A stretch of 64,000 nt of DNA, from NCBI GenBank assembly GCA_951406725.2, contig OX597829.1, forward strand, positions 54,498,001-54,562,000, read 5' to 3'. This stretch comes from Octopus vulgaris (lineage: Eukaryota). The number at the start of each line of letters is the position of its first letter. Positions within the stretch are counted from its first letter, which is position 1. The translations under genes were made by a program, and so were the position numbers. Positions 1 through 13,063 of the stretch are shown piece by piece. Under the pieces are notes generated by a model. It ran no database searches, was not told where the DNA came from, and saw nothing but the letters and a program-made list of their open reading frames with translations.

Positions 1-33
1 CGGTTTCAGCCGGGTTGGTAACAAAAGGGTTAA
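1..33 (-). mobile_element. End of a piggyBac-type MITE (same family as 48200-48419)
   Basis: Near reverse complement of the 48200 terminus; ends AAAGGG+TTAA. Confidence 0.75.
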
Positions 34-349
34 GAGAACCTTTTAATCTTGGTGAAGACATAAGAGCCTCTGTAGTGCTATGGAAAAAAAAATGCAATCC
101 AGTAAACTATGTAAAGAGAAATGAAGTTGAATATGAAACTTAAAGATGTGCCCCCCCACCCACCATCACCACCACCAACATCACCATCATCATACCTTCA
201 CAGAAGAGCAGTGATGACCCTTCCAAATCATGTCAGCAGAAATAAAATGACAATGGGGATGATTAACAGGTATCGTTCTATCGTGAAGCATGTTAAAGGT
301 AACTTTCTGCATCATTACTGTCAAAAATATAATATAATTCTAATAATGG

Positions 350-510
350 TAAATATGGCTGTGTGGTTAGGAAGCTTGCTTTCTAGCCACATGGTTTCAG
401 GTTCAGTCCCACTGCATAGCAACTCGGGCAATTGTCTTCTACTATACTCGCAGGCTGACCAAAGCCTTGTGAGTGGATTTGGTAGGCGGAAGTTTCCATT
501 GTGTGTGTAA
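350..510 (+). mobile_element. tRNA-derived SINE family 1, 5' half
   Basis: A box TGGCTGTGTGGT, B box GGTTCAGTCCC; similar to 6730-7130. Confidence 0.8.
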
Positions 511-871
511 GTGCTCGTGCCTTCAAACTGAGAGGAGGGAAACTTTGACCCGTTACACTCTTGGAGTGTAACGGGTGCTTTTTGGATTCCTCCAGCATGG
601 GTACTTTTATGTGTCACAGGCACAGGTGCCAGTTTACATGACACCGGCATTAGCCACGACAACACATAATGGGCATTAAAATTGCATTCGATAAATTTAA
701 AACAAGGTTGTCTGACACAACAGTTTTACAGGAACCATAATTTACTGACTACTTTCAAAGATTTGAGTCATCTTCAGGTAACAACAGCGTGCAGTCATGT
801 TGCAAAATATATCTTCAGAAATTATAATAATAAAAAAAAAGATAAGAATTATAAAAAGAATATTTAAATAC

Positions 872-999
872 CTCTTAAATACCATAATATCTTGAAACTT
901 TGATTTCTCGTGGTAGAGCACTTCATCTACTTTAAGGCACATGCTATAACCAGACCACAGGTCACACTCTTCTCGAAACCATCCATTTTCCAATGGCAT
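872..999 (-). CDS. SRM: Spermidine synthase, first coding exon ([42 protein letters not shown] + 2 nt); gene continues left of the window
   Basis: Matches the eukaryotic spermidine synthase N-terminus (human [38 protein letters not shown]). Phase-2 donor AAGAG|GTATTT at 872/871. Acceptors ttacag| (exon from 1014) and aaacag| (from 1004) lie just upstream of the ATG. Confidence 0.93.
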
Positions 1000-1309
1000 T
1001 TTTGCTGTTTAAAACTGTAATATACAAATAGGTTTAAATCCATTGAAATAACAATAACCAAGCATTTGACTATATTCTACAAACAAGATACAAGCACTCA
1101 CCCACCACCCACTCCATTTCTAAGTTCCTGATCTGATAAAGTCACGTCAAGCAGTCTCTCATTTCATCTCTATCATCATCATTTAACATCCACTTTCCAT
1201 GCTGGCATGAGGTGGATGGCTTGACAGGAAATAGCAAGGCCAGGGGCTGCACCAGGTTCCATAGTCTGTTTTGGTTTGGTTTCTATGGCTGGATGCCCTT
1301 CCTAATGCC

Positions 1310-1526
1310 TATTTCTTTATTACCCACAAGGGGCTAAACACAGAGGGGACAAACAAAGGTATTAAGTAGATTAGATCGACCCCAGTGCGTAACTGGTACT
1401 TAATTTATCGACCCCGAAAGGATGAAAGGCAAAGTCGACCTCGGCGGAATTTGAACTCACAACGTAATGCAGATGAAATACCGCTAAGCATTTCGCCCGG
1501 CATGCTAACGTTTCTGCCAGCTCGCC
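1310..1526 (-). mobile_element. tRNA-derived SINE family 2 (MetaSINE-like core) with a target-site duplication
   Basis: Core GCCTTTCATCCTTTCGGGGTCGATAAATTAAGTACC. GCCCTTCCTAATGCC is duplicated at 1295-1309 and 1524-1538. Confidence 0.85.
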
Positions 1527-2595
1527 CTTCCTAATGCCAACCACGCCATAGTTTTTACTGGCTGCTTTTTACATGGCACCAGCACCCACACCAATGCTTT
1601 TCATATGGCCCCTTGGTTTTAGGATTTCAATTCTGTAGTGGTGGGTGGGTTTTCTTGAGTACAGCAATGTGCCACATATCTCAGTCCTCTTTCCTCTCTT
1701 TCATAGGACCCAGCATTTTCAGATTGGCCTTCAATACTTTGTTCCATGTCTTCCTGGGTCTCCATCTTCCACAATTTCCCTCCACTTTAAGTGATCGGCA
1801 CTTCTTTATACAACTGACCTCAACATAATTAGATTTCATGAGTAAGATTTATGCAATAAAAACCTATTCATTAATTAACTTCTGTAATGATTATGTTTGT
1901 CTGTCAGAGCAACAAGAACCATTTAGTCATCATCGAGGATGATTAATGACTAATGATTAATGGTGGCTTTATTTAGAGTGAAGAAGGATTGTGCACTGTC
2001 AGCCTCAATCTTTCATCAGTGACCATCTTCAAACTTTCAATCCAAAGGCAAAACTAGGTTGAGATGACTGGGAATGGAAACGGATACAGCAGAAACCACA
2101 CCTTGCTCTCTGCACCCCACAATGCCCTGTTGCATCCACCTTCTTCTCCGTTAAACCATGAAGGTCTCTTTCACAGAAACTGCCACATCCAAGCTTCATG
2201 CACATAAATAAACAAACCCTAATATGCTATTTTACCCATAATTGGGACCTTGACAGGTGCCACTACTCCAAGTCAAAGCAGACCAGGAAACAATAGTGTC
2301 TAAGAGACGGTTCCACACTCCTCAGGAAACTGAAATTCCTGCACCAGGGCCATACTACAAGATGTGACTTAAAGTCATACCCAGGTCAATTTATAATAAT
2401 GTACATCAACCAAAGGACTTATTCTTCCTCTCATCCCCCATACTGTGTCTCACTTGCTCAACACTCTGCAACAACTTTTCATATGACCCCTTGGTTTTAG
2501 GATCTCAATTCTGTTGTGGTGGGTGGGTCTTCTTGAGTACAGCCATGTGCAACATATCTCAGTCCTCTTTCCTCTCTTTAATAAGGCCCAGAGAC

Positions 2596-3350
2596 ACTTG
2601 TGCATTGTCTGTTATTGATTTTGTCAACTATACAGTACGGTAGGGTCAGTCTATGAGAAAAACAGCACCATGATGCAATTCACTCTGCCAGAAATTTGGA
2701 AATGACATAGCAATATTGCTTGGCATTCGCGCCAGAAGCTCCAATGTGAACATTTCAGAGTGTTTGGGTGTCAATCTGAGGACACGTACTGAGAGTGATA
2801 AAAATCAAACATCCAATCAACCTCAGACTCAACATGGGGAGGCCTACATCAAGTGCCTGGAGGAAGTAGTGCTGCCCTGAGTCAAGAGGATGGGTGCTGG
2901 AAGACCCTATGTTCTGGCATCAGGACTCTGCACCATGCCACACAAACAGGGGAACCCAGTCATGGCTGTCAGACAATTTCTGCAACGACATCACCCCTAA
3001 CATCTAGCCACCTAACTCCCCAGATTGTAACCCCCTTGATTATTATGTATGGGGCACAGTTAAACGAGAGACCAACAAAACTCTTTGTAACACCAAAGAT
3101 AAATCGAAGGCAAGAATTATGGCAGCATTCACCAACTTAAACAAGGAGACTGTCCAGAAGAGTTGCAGGAGATTCTGAAGTTGTCTGGAGGCCATGGTTA
3201 AAGCCAATGGCGATTTTATTGAATAAATTTACTCTTTAGTATTTCAAGATATTTTTATGTAATTTTGCTAAATATATCTGTTAAAATGAGATGCCAGTGT
3301 TATTTTCCTTTATGTGTAATTTAGATGACAATTTATTCACTGCACCCAGT
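2596..3350 (+). mobile_element. Same Tc1/mariner family, left end missing
   Basis: Colinear with 24055-24820; right TIR retained. Confidence 0.82.
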
Positions 3351-4276
3351 AGATATATATATATAAAATGTACTGATTTGTGAACAAAATTCAACAAAAA
3401 ATGTATATATATACAGTTGGCTGCTTTCTTGTATGAGCAAAGCCATTACTAGAAAGAATCATTGATAACACAATGTGAAGCCCTTGTATGAATCTTGAAC
3501 CCTGCCAAAGATTTGCACATTCTATTGCATAATGCACAACTGTGCTGGCTGTCAGAGGAAACAGGTTCTACAGTATGAATTCTTCTGACATGTCTTTTTA
3601 ATCTTCCAGCTGAAAGGCACACCTTTCCACAGGTTGCACATGTTCTGTTGTCAACAATAGCTGTATCATAAATTATGAATCATCGTCGTTTAATGTTTGT
3701 GCTTTCCATGCTGGCATGGGTTGGACGGTTTGACTGAGGACTGGCAAGCCAGAAGGCTGCACCAGGCTCCAATCTGATCTGGTAAGCATTCTACAGCTGG
3801 ATGCCTTTCCTAACACCAACCACTATGAGTGTATAGTGGGTGCTTTTTACATGCCACTGGCACGAAGGCCAGTCAGGCAATACAGGCCTCGGCCACACTT
3901 GAATGGTGCTTTTCACATGCCACTGGCATGAGAGCCAATCAAGCGACACAGGCAATGACCAAGCACAAATGCTGCTTTTTACATGCCACTGTCACGGGAC
4001 CAGTCAGCCAGCACTGGCAACGACCACACTCGAATGGTGCTTTTTACATGTCCTTTCTCTCTCTATACATATATATACTTTATTTAAAGCAGCAGAAAAT
4101 TCAACAAAACCTGTTACGCTGAGTTTCCCGTTGCCATTCATCGGACAGTTTTTGCAAAGCTTCGAATTCTGTCCCCTCACTCTCGCACTGCTTTGTTGTT
4201 TTACCAGCACAACCAACGAGACACACATTGCACTCTATTATACGTAAGATTATTTGAGTGACAGCAGAAGACATGT

Positions 4277-4652
4277 ACTCTTTTACTTGTTTCAGTCATT
4301 TGACTGTGGCCATGCTGGAGCACTGCCTTTAGTCAAGCAAACTGACTCCAGGACTTATTCTTTGTAAACCTAGTACTTATTCTATCGGTCTCTTTTGCCA
4401 AACTGCTAAGTTATGGGGACGTAAACACACCAGCATCGGTTGACAAGTGATGTTGGGGGGACAAACACAGACACACACACACACACATACATACGACGGG
4501 CTTCTTTCAGTTTCCGTCTACCAAATCCACTCACAAGGCTTTGGTTGGCCCGAGGCTATAGTAGAAGACACTTGCCCAAGGTGTCACGCAATGGGACTGA
4601 ACCCGGAACCATGTGGTTCGTAAGCAAGCTACTTACTACACAGCCACGCCTA
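4277..4652 (-). mobile_element. tRNA-derived SINE family 1, full length
   Basis: Reverse-complement copy of 6730-7130 including the GTAAAAGAG tail. Confidence 0.88.
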
Positions 4653-6280
4653 TGTAATAGGAGATCCTTTATTTTAAAAAAAAACTTGTGAGAGTTGGGT
4701 GACAGGAAGAGTAAGCAGCTGTAAGATGTCTCCAAATATACATTCATTTAACTCAAGCTAACATGGAAAAAAAAAACAAATGGAACACAAGGAGAAAATG
4801 TAAACATACACACACACACAGATAACTTTGGTTTCTAATGGACTGAGATTTCTGGAACTACAATTTATTTCAAGTGTTTTTCTATTGTATAATAGACCCG
4901 TTACTATCTTCACCAGAGTTCTTTGTAAACGAATCACTGGGAAAAAAGGCAACGGTTCTAATAAAATGTAAATCACTTTTTTTTTTTACTTTGATACCAT
5001 TTTACATTAAACACTTGTTTAACGAGTAATTTCATTCATGTTTAGCCATAAAAATAAAAGAAAATAAGAATTGATAAGATTCTTCACTGATGCATGGAAT
5101 TATCACTTAAAAATTTTGATAGGACACATACGGGGCAAAAACAGTATGGCTATTGATGCTTTTATAAAGTTCTCCCTTCAAAGGGTCAGAGTTATCATCT
5201 GGAATTACAGATTTGTATAAGCTTTTGTGTCACCCTGAAATGATTTGATAATGGTACCATGTCAGATATATATTATACTGAACATGCACACGCAAGGTCC
5301 AGAAAGTGATGCCAGTTAACTTGGTAGCTTTAAGCCAGAAATTTGGCTGTAAAATAGCAATGAAAGTTTATTTGGGAACAAAGAACAAAACCTAAGCACA
5401 CACAGCTGGATTATGAACCAATTCCCACAATGCAAAACAGTTCGTTTTATTTTTTTTTTTTTTCAATTTTCATTGTCACAATACAAACATTCCATACGAT
5501 GTCATTTGTCTCATTCAGCTCGTTAACTGCTAATGACTACAGTTCTCTTGTCATGTAACAGCACTAACTATTACTATACACAATTTCACAATAAACTTTT
5601 AATATTAAAGGAAAAATTACTGCACTTTCATTTCACTGCCCAGGTTTACTTGGCCATTGCTGAACATTATTTTACATTCACTTCATTATGCAAATCTCTG
5701 CCAAGTTCTGTATCATATAGCGAAAGATTCTCCAGATTTTTGTTACCTTGAGCCTTTACCAATGAATGCAAAAGGTGTTGAGAAGTATTGTTGACCATTT
5801 GCAGTGTGCTGAGAAGTCTATGTGTTGTCTCCGAAATTGATATTTTATCACATTTCAAATATTTTAATAATTGATGCCTTCTTGCTGTAAACATTTAATC
5901 AGACTGTACTGGAATGGGTCGGATGATCTAACAAGATCTGACAGGTTGGAGGATTAGATCCTGCTCCACCATGGTTTCTATGGTTGGAATCCCTTCCCAG
6001 CACCATCCAATTTTCATGTGCTACATTCATGCCATTGGCACTAGTGAGGTTGCCATGCAGCTTGCTTGGAGAACCCAAGGGGAGGTGCTTTATGAGAGGA
6101 GGTGGGGCAGAGTAGGTCCTTGTTGTAGGAGAGCTACGTGGTTACTCACATATGTGAGAGAGAGAGAGAGAAATGAATCAGTTATTGCTGCAGAGACAAA
6201 ATGGTGCTGATGAAGTGTCTCAGGAGCTAAAACCTATTTAACCCTTATTTTGAGCTTCAAAACATTTGAATATTTATACT

Positions 6281-6510
6281 TTAAGCCTTCAACATTCAGA
6301 TTATTCTGTCAAATGTAAAACCTGTTTATTCATATTGCTTAGAAATTAATCATACATTATGTCATAGCTTTGAAATGTTGATTATGTGGTTGTAGATTTG
6401 TAGAATGGCATTGTAGGGGAAGAGTGAGAGGTCAGATCCGGCTGGTTTGAGCATAAAACAGGTAGAATATTTGAGCCAGGTGTGACCAGTTTAAAATGCT
6501 AAAGTGTTAG
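6281..6510 (+). mobile_element. piggyBac-type MITE, second family, degenerate
   Basis: Similar to 49130-49358 along its length. Confidence 0.7.
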
Positions 6511-6729
6511 AAATAGTGGATTATATTCATCTTTGAATTTTGTTTTTTAATGCCACAATTTGGGAGACGTTAGGATGTTTCTACAATAGTCTGAGGCTTT
6601 TTTTATGTATCTTTTGGAGCTGATAATTCTTGTTGTTGTTTTATCCTGTTCTCAGTTTATTTACAATTTCCAACTCATAAATCATTCCGAGTTACAGCAA
6701 AGACAATTTTCACCTGAAATGCCAACAAC

Positions 6730-6897
6730 AGGCGCAGGAGTGGCTGTGTGGTAAGTAGCTTGCTTATGAACTACATGGTTCTGGGTTCAGTCCCACTGCG
6801 TGGCATCTTGGGCAAATGTCTTCTACTATAGCCCCGGGCCGACCAAAGACTTGTGAGTGGATTTGGTAGACGGAAACTGAAAGAAGCCTGTCGTATG

Positions 6898-6928
<31 letters not shown>

Positions 6929-7130
6929 TTGTGTGTCTGTGTTTGTCCCCCTAGCATTGCTTGACAACCGATGCTGGTGTGTTTACGTCCCCGTCACTTA
7001 GTGGTTCGGCAAAAGAGACCGATAGAATAAGTACTGGGCTTATAAAAGAATAAGTCCCGGGGTCGATTTGGTCAACTAAAGGCGGTGCTCCAGCATGGCC
7101 GCAGTTAAATGACTGAAACAAGTAAAAGTA
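6730..7130 (+). mobile_element. tRNA-derived SINE family 1, full length
   Basis: Pol III A/B boxes, internal TA/TG microsatellite, 3' end TGACTGAAACAAGTAAAA. Many copies in the window (also 7200-7380, 8705-8906, 25540-25710, 35365-35490). Confidence 0.9.
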
Positions 7131-7338
7131 ATTAAAGACAGAATTATCAACATCGCAGCCTTAATAGCACAATTACAGATAATAATTTTCTCTTTCAGCA
7201 GCAGAGGAATGGCTGTGTGGTTAGAAGTCTGCTTCCCGACCACATGGTTCTGAGTTCAGTCCTACTGCACAGCACATTGGGCACTTGCTTTCTACTATAG
7301 CCTTGTGGGTGGATTTAGTAGAATCCAAAAGAAGCCTC

Positions 7339-7369
<31 letters not shown>

Positions 7370-7377
7370 CACACATA

Positions 7378-8700
7378 CACATGCTGATGACCTTGTTCTT
7401 ACTGCAAAATCTGTAGTAGAATTGGAGAAGAAATTCCAGGTATGGAAAGAAAACCTGGAATAAATGGGCCTTAAAGTTAACCTAAGAAAAAAGCTGTTAG
7501 CAAGAAAGTAGATAAGACTTTTTCCTTCAGGTAAATGGCCATGCTCAGTATGTAGGAAATGAGTTGGAAGTAATTCCATTCATTGCACACAAAAGGTGCA
7601 GTGGAATCACAGGTAGATTAACAGATAAAATTGTCTTTGATGTGGCAGATGTGCAGGAAAACTAAGCACTAAGGACATACATGACTTAATCTCTGTCAAA
7701 TGGTCAGGAAGATCTTTTGAGGGAGTAGATAGTTTCTGTTACCTAGGTGACCAAATTAGCAATGGTGGAGGATGGTTTGAAAGTATTGTTGCTAGAATAA
7801 TAGGATGGAGGAAGTTCAAAAAGCTATTACCTCTACTAGCAACAAAAAGGACTCTCACACAGAGTAAAAGGCAGATTCTATGATGCTTGTGTACAACTAT
7901 ACTCCATAGCAGTAAGACAGGAGTTCTGAATGCAGAGGACATGCATAGACTAGAGAGATATGATGCTAGTATACTGTGTGGGATGTGCAACAGAATATAA
8001 CCCACTTGTAACAAAAATAAAAAATTTCACACACTCTAACTCAACAAACCATCCCTATGCTTATGCTTACCTCTCACTCCCTAATCCCGTCCTCACTGCC
8101 CTGCTCACTCTATCATTGCTTTCCTGTTGTTGTCCCCACCCTTCTATATACCCACGAGTAACTGCATTCCCCACCACCACACTCTGTGCATTCATGTGAA
8201 TCACTTCTCCCTACTGACGCACCCTTGGCAATTACTCTGATCTCCATACCTTGAGGATATGCCCTGGCACTTCACCACCCTCTTGCTCTCTTCTACCCCC
8301 TCTCTCCTTGATCACTTGCTCTCTCTCCCTCTGACTGGATAACCATGTATCTCCTCTACAGCAACACACATTCTAAGCTCTCATTACCTGGTACAAGACC
8401 ACCTCTTCAAATGCCAACACCTCTCAACAGATCTTGGTGACCCCCACCAGTGCTGGTGCATCCGGTCCACTCTGTAAAGTAGTTGGTGTTTGGAAGGGCA
8501 TCCAGCTGTAGAAACCATGCCTTAATAAACCTTGCCAGTGCTGGTGTCACGTAAAAAGCACTCATTCCACTTTGTAAGGTGGTTGCTGTTGGAAAGGGCC
8601 ATAAAAACCCTGCCAAAACAGTGAAGCCTGGTGCAGTCTTCTGCCTAGCCAGCCCGTCAAACCATCCAAACCATGGAAAACGGGCGTTAAATGATGATGA
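7378..8700 (+). mobile_element. RTE-clade LINE remnant (RT motif to (GAT)n tail)
   Basis: HADDLVL at about 7380, VDSFCYLGDQIS at about 7725-7760, 3' end at 8440-8700. Confidence 0.75.
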
Positions 8701-9309
8701 TTTGTGAGCGCGCGCATCTGTGCTTGTCCGCTTGACTACCAGTGTTGGTAAGTTGTTTATGTCTCTGTAACTTAGCAGTTCGGAGAAAGAGACAGACAGA
8801 ATAAGTGCCATGCTTAAAAAACAAGTACTAGGGTCGAATCGTTCGACTGAAATGATTCAAGAACGTGCCCCAGCATGGCCACAGTCTAATGACTGAAATA
8901 AGTAAATACTTATCACTGAAAGGAATATTTTCTGGCATAAGTTTGGCAACCACGGTTTATTGTTGTTGTCCAGATTTCCGAAACTGGTTTCCGGGTGGCG
9001 AGGATTTTACCAATTCCAGGCATAAAGGGACATAACTCGGCTACGTTTTGATATTTTCCTCGTTATTTTAGATAAAAGTTAAATTATTCGGCGGATAGAA
9101 ATTATTATGAGACTGTTCATTTATCAAATGCCTTCGATCTTTAAATAGTATCACAAAATCTCTCAATGCAACAAGACCCAAAGAGACAACCACCACGTGG
9201 TCAATAGACATGCTACATATTACGGTCAATCTCTCTTATGTCACACCCGAAAGTCTAAAAGAAAAAGAAAAAAGACTGGCTAAAATACATCAGGATACAT
9301 TATGCCGTA

Positions 9310-10080
9310 ATTCTCCATTTCCCGCAAACTGAAGACTCGTTTAAAATTAGATCCAGAAGCATGCATTCGAAAATGCGCCAGAATTTCCTCGCCAAACTAG
9401 TTCTTGGTTCTCTCTACCATAATAGCTTTTCAGCTCTTTCGACAATAAACGTATTTGCATATTATGTAGTTCAAGATCAATAAAATTGCAGCAGCGAGTC
9501 TTGGTACATTCAACGATTGCATGATGACCTGCTTCACTGTGAAGAGGTTCGACCTGTTTTCCGTATGACCGATGAATGAATCCAAGTCTCGAAAATGCAT
9601 CGCCTTCTGTTTATATTCTAGATTTGATGAAGAGCTTATATATGAGGGCAAAAGGAAAGGTAAAATATATTGACGGTGCTTCTTGTAGATCAAAGGATAC
9701 TGTCGAGTATTCACCCCAAAAAAACCTTGCCGTCAATAATTTGCCGAAATACTGCTCCAGATGATACAGCTTCACCAGATCAATAGACACCATACGAAAG
9801 AACGTGATGGGTTTCGACATTATGCTATCAATCAGTCTGCCCAGCAAGATGGTCGGTTTTGGTGTGATCCTCTGAGCACATAGTTGATACATTGGGTGTA
9901 AAACAATGAGGACAAGGCTGATCTTGACCATGACGGACAAAAAGAATCACATGAGTCATTGAGAATCAGTACTTTCACTGTGGTGAAAGTTACAAAGATG
10001 CAAGTGTTCTTGTCTGGATCTCCGTTGAGATTTACGTAGAGTTCCAGTTTTGCGCAACTTCCCCGGTATTTTACTTCATG
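9310..10080 (-). mobile_element. Ancient L1/Tx1-like LINE ORF2 remnant
   Basis: TILLGRLIDSIMSKP...LLTARFFWG resembles the post-RT LTLxGR...SK...F.W region of L1-group elements; disrupted. Confidence 0.4.
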
Positions 10081-12822
10081 TTGTCTTATTTAGCCCATTA
10101 GCATTAAATTAAACAAGCCATTTCAGATCCAAATATTCTACCTGTTTTAAGTTCAAACTGTCCAAATCCTACCTCTCACACAAGATGTGATTGTTTATCC
10201 TAAAAATGATAAATTCAGAACAATAACTAAGCAATGCAGTAGACAGAATAACCTGAATGCTGACTGGGGTTGCATTCCGGCCGTGAAAAATATTGGAATT
10301 TCTTTTACAAGGGGAAGTGATTTCCATTATAATATCAGGCCCCACCAAAGTCCTAGCATGGCTGCAGTTCAATGACTGAAAAGCAAAAGATTTTTATTTA
10401 AGCGGCATTCCTTGATCAAAACATCGATTCGGCTGTTTTTGTGAAAAGCTGAAAAGCACATGGTCAACTGTCATGAAATGAGAAGAGGAGAAGCAAGCTG
10501 ATGGGTTGAACGGGAGTGCGTGACCTCATCACAATGAAAAGGTAAACAAGACCGATTGAAGCGGAAAAAAACCCATTTCATTTCATTGTGGTTTGATAAT
10601 AAAATAGAACTGAAATATTTGTATTGGTTTCATTTATTTCATCGAAAACAACTATTAAAGAAAATCGCCATCTGGTACGAAACAACTGAATCCAATTAAA
10701 CAATTATAACCACGAGTAAATGAATTTGTGCTCCTTTCTTACGAATAATATCTAATATTGGCTAAATCGCCCTAATGCCTAATGTTTTTATCTTTATTCT
10801 GGTGATACTTTCACTATCGAAGTTTTTAAGTCTTTAAAGTTCAAAGACACACTTTTAGATATAATTCCTTCCGACAAAGAAACACATAAACGAAACCGTA
10901 AAATGTAACTTGTCGTATTATGGCATGAAGTTCTTTTCCATTAATAAGACTGTGAGAGACTTTGGAATCTGGCTGCTGCAGCTATGCTTTCTAGCAGGTC
11001 GATTAACCACGTGGGTATTCCCGTTAGTTAACATAGCTTTCGTTTAAGATGAAAGATATTTAATAATAAACATTCACCTAACAATTTCTAATATCTTACT
11101 TCGTAAAAAAAAATTGCATCGGTTTGAATAATTAGTTTTATTTTACCTAAAAGTAATAAAACTTCGTAAAACATTGGTCTGATTAAGTGGGGGTGTTTTT
11201 AGTTCCATTCCTTCAATTGGTAAAACTTTACAAACAATTCTGAATCGCTATCATGTTTTCTACGCTGCAATCGTTTTAGTTCCAACACGCGATCTCAGAT
11301 CAAAACACTTGCCATAGCAAGCACATGTCTGTAATTTAAAAAAATAAATTGATGGTGCTTCATTATCCCCCAAATAGAACGAATTGACCGTTGCACAAGG
11401 TTGGAAAAAAGAAAAAAAAAAGGGTAAAGTTCTACAATCAACGACAAAAACTGTCTAGATTTAATTTTTAAAAATTAAACAAAAATATCTCACAGGTATA
11501 TGTTTAGCAGTGAATGGCCTGATTAGTATAAACGTAAAAGTACAATCTGTTTAATTTCAATTAATGACTAAGAACCAGTTCAAACCAAAGATTAGAGGAC
11601 AGAGATTTTAAAGGGAAAATGAAAAATAAACGTAGAGGAAGGTTCCTATTCATAATTTCTATTAGATGGTTTTAACAATAACAATTATGGCCATGCCACC
11701 ACGACGGAACATTCGGGTTACGAATTAGAAGGGGAAATCACTACCAAAATATTTCAAAATACTAATTCCCATTTTTTGATGTCATGAAAGAGAAAGTGAG
11801 GTTTTCTTCGTTCAGCTTTTCAAAGACCGTCTGTGTTTCAACTAACAAAATTATTCAAACCAGCTTAAAATGCAGTGAAATTTCTAACCAAATGTAAAAG
11901 TAAAACCCTAATTGCTGATCTTCGATCAATTATAAATACGATTATATTAAACACGAGTATTCGCACTAATTAAAAGTTAAAATCTAAATACAATCAAATT
12001 AGTGGATTATAATTTTAAAAGAATTACATCAATTAAGATATTTGTGCTTAGAAATAACAATTCTAATTATCACGAACACATGTTGCAAAATACTAAAATG
12101 TTTTTCACAAACTGATATTTTAAACATTATTTTGAATAAAGGCTTAAAAATTTCCTTTCTCATTTTTCGTTTTGTTTTTCTCTAATAATTAATTACTTTC
12201 ATAATAATGAAGAGGCTTCTGATTATATTATCTTGTTCTTTATGGAGATTAGCAATTTGTCATTATGGCAAAATATTTGCATTACACCGCATTTGTTAAC
12301 TTGCAGATAAAATGAAAATGAAAAGAACCAGCAACATTGGTTCATAGAATATAAACAGTAAAGTGTACCTTTCGTGTAGGCGATGCGTTCAGCAAGAGTG
12401 GTCAGCAATGAATGATACGCTAATACATCTAACGGTAGATTTTGAAAGTGTGGGTGCCATGCACTCAAATGAATAACACTCAAAATTCAGATAACCTGGA
12501 TTTTCTCCGTTTACGCCGGGATTTTTCGAGTTTTATTTTTGTACCACGCACTTCAAAATAATGGGGTGGGGGGGAGTCTTTTATTAAAAATCCTTTTTAA
12601 TCGATAATTTTTTTTAACGTTGCCCCCCCCCTCCTTCTCCCTCTCCTTCGTACCTTCACGCCAGCCCCCCCTCCCCATCAACCCCGCTTTTTTCGTAAAA
12701 ACAGTGTTTGTGTTTGTGTGTGTGTATGCATTCACATATTACTATTACTACTACTACTATTACTACTACTACTATTACTACTACTACACACATACGGGGG
12801 CCCCCCCGAAGAGTCAACTCAC

Positions 12823-12927
12823 CTTCCGGGTATTCGAACAACCCATCACAGAGTTATCAGCTTCACTGACTTTCGGGGAGATGGTAGGGGATACGGTCTA
12901 TATAATTGCCTCATACTTTTCATCGAC
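12823..12927 (-). other. Candidate 5' leader exon (probably of spermidine synthase) carrying uORFs
   Basis: Acceptor ttgtcttttcaaccttcgtag| and consensus donor AAG|GTGAGT, inside the CpG-rich non-repetitive block. All three frames entering from the acceptor hit stops, so it is not an internal coding exon. Confidence 0.55.
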
Positions 12928-13003
12928 CTACGAAGGTTGAAAAGACAAATTTGTTCTCAGGGTGTTGCGTTATGGTCCAATGCCCAAAGTATTCGTGCCC
13001 TCG

Positions 13004-13063
<60 letters not shown>

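Noticed and set aside
742-871. Tail of ORF 742..999 ([13 protein letters not shown]...) as a membrane anchor on SRM
   Set aside because: Read-through into the intron past the donor at 871.
1096-1170. Nearby donor GG|GTGAGT at about 1101 as the SRM leader exon
   Set aside because: No promoter-like CpG context and it abuts a LINE tail. Not excluded, but less supported than the 12.8 kb exon.
12823-12930. Antizyme-type +1 frameshift site
   Set aside because: No UCC-UGA context and no antizyme-like ORF2.
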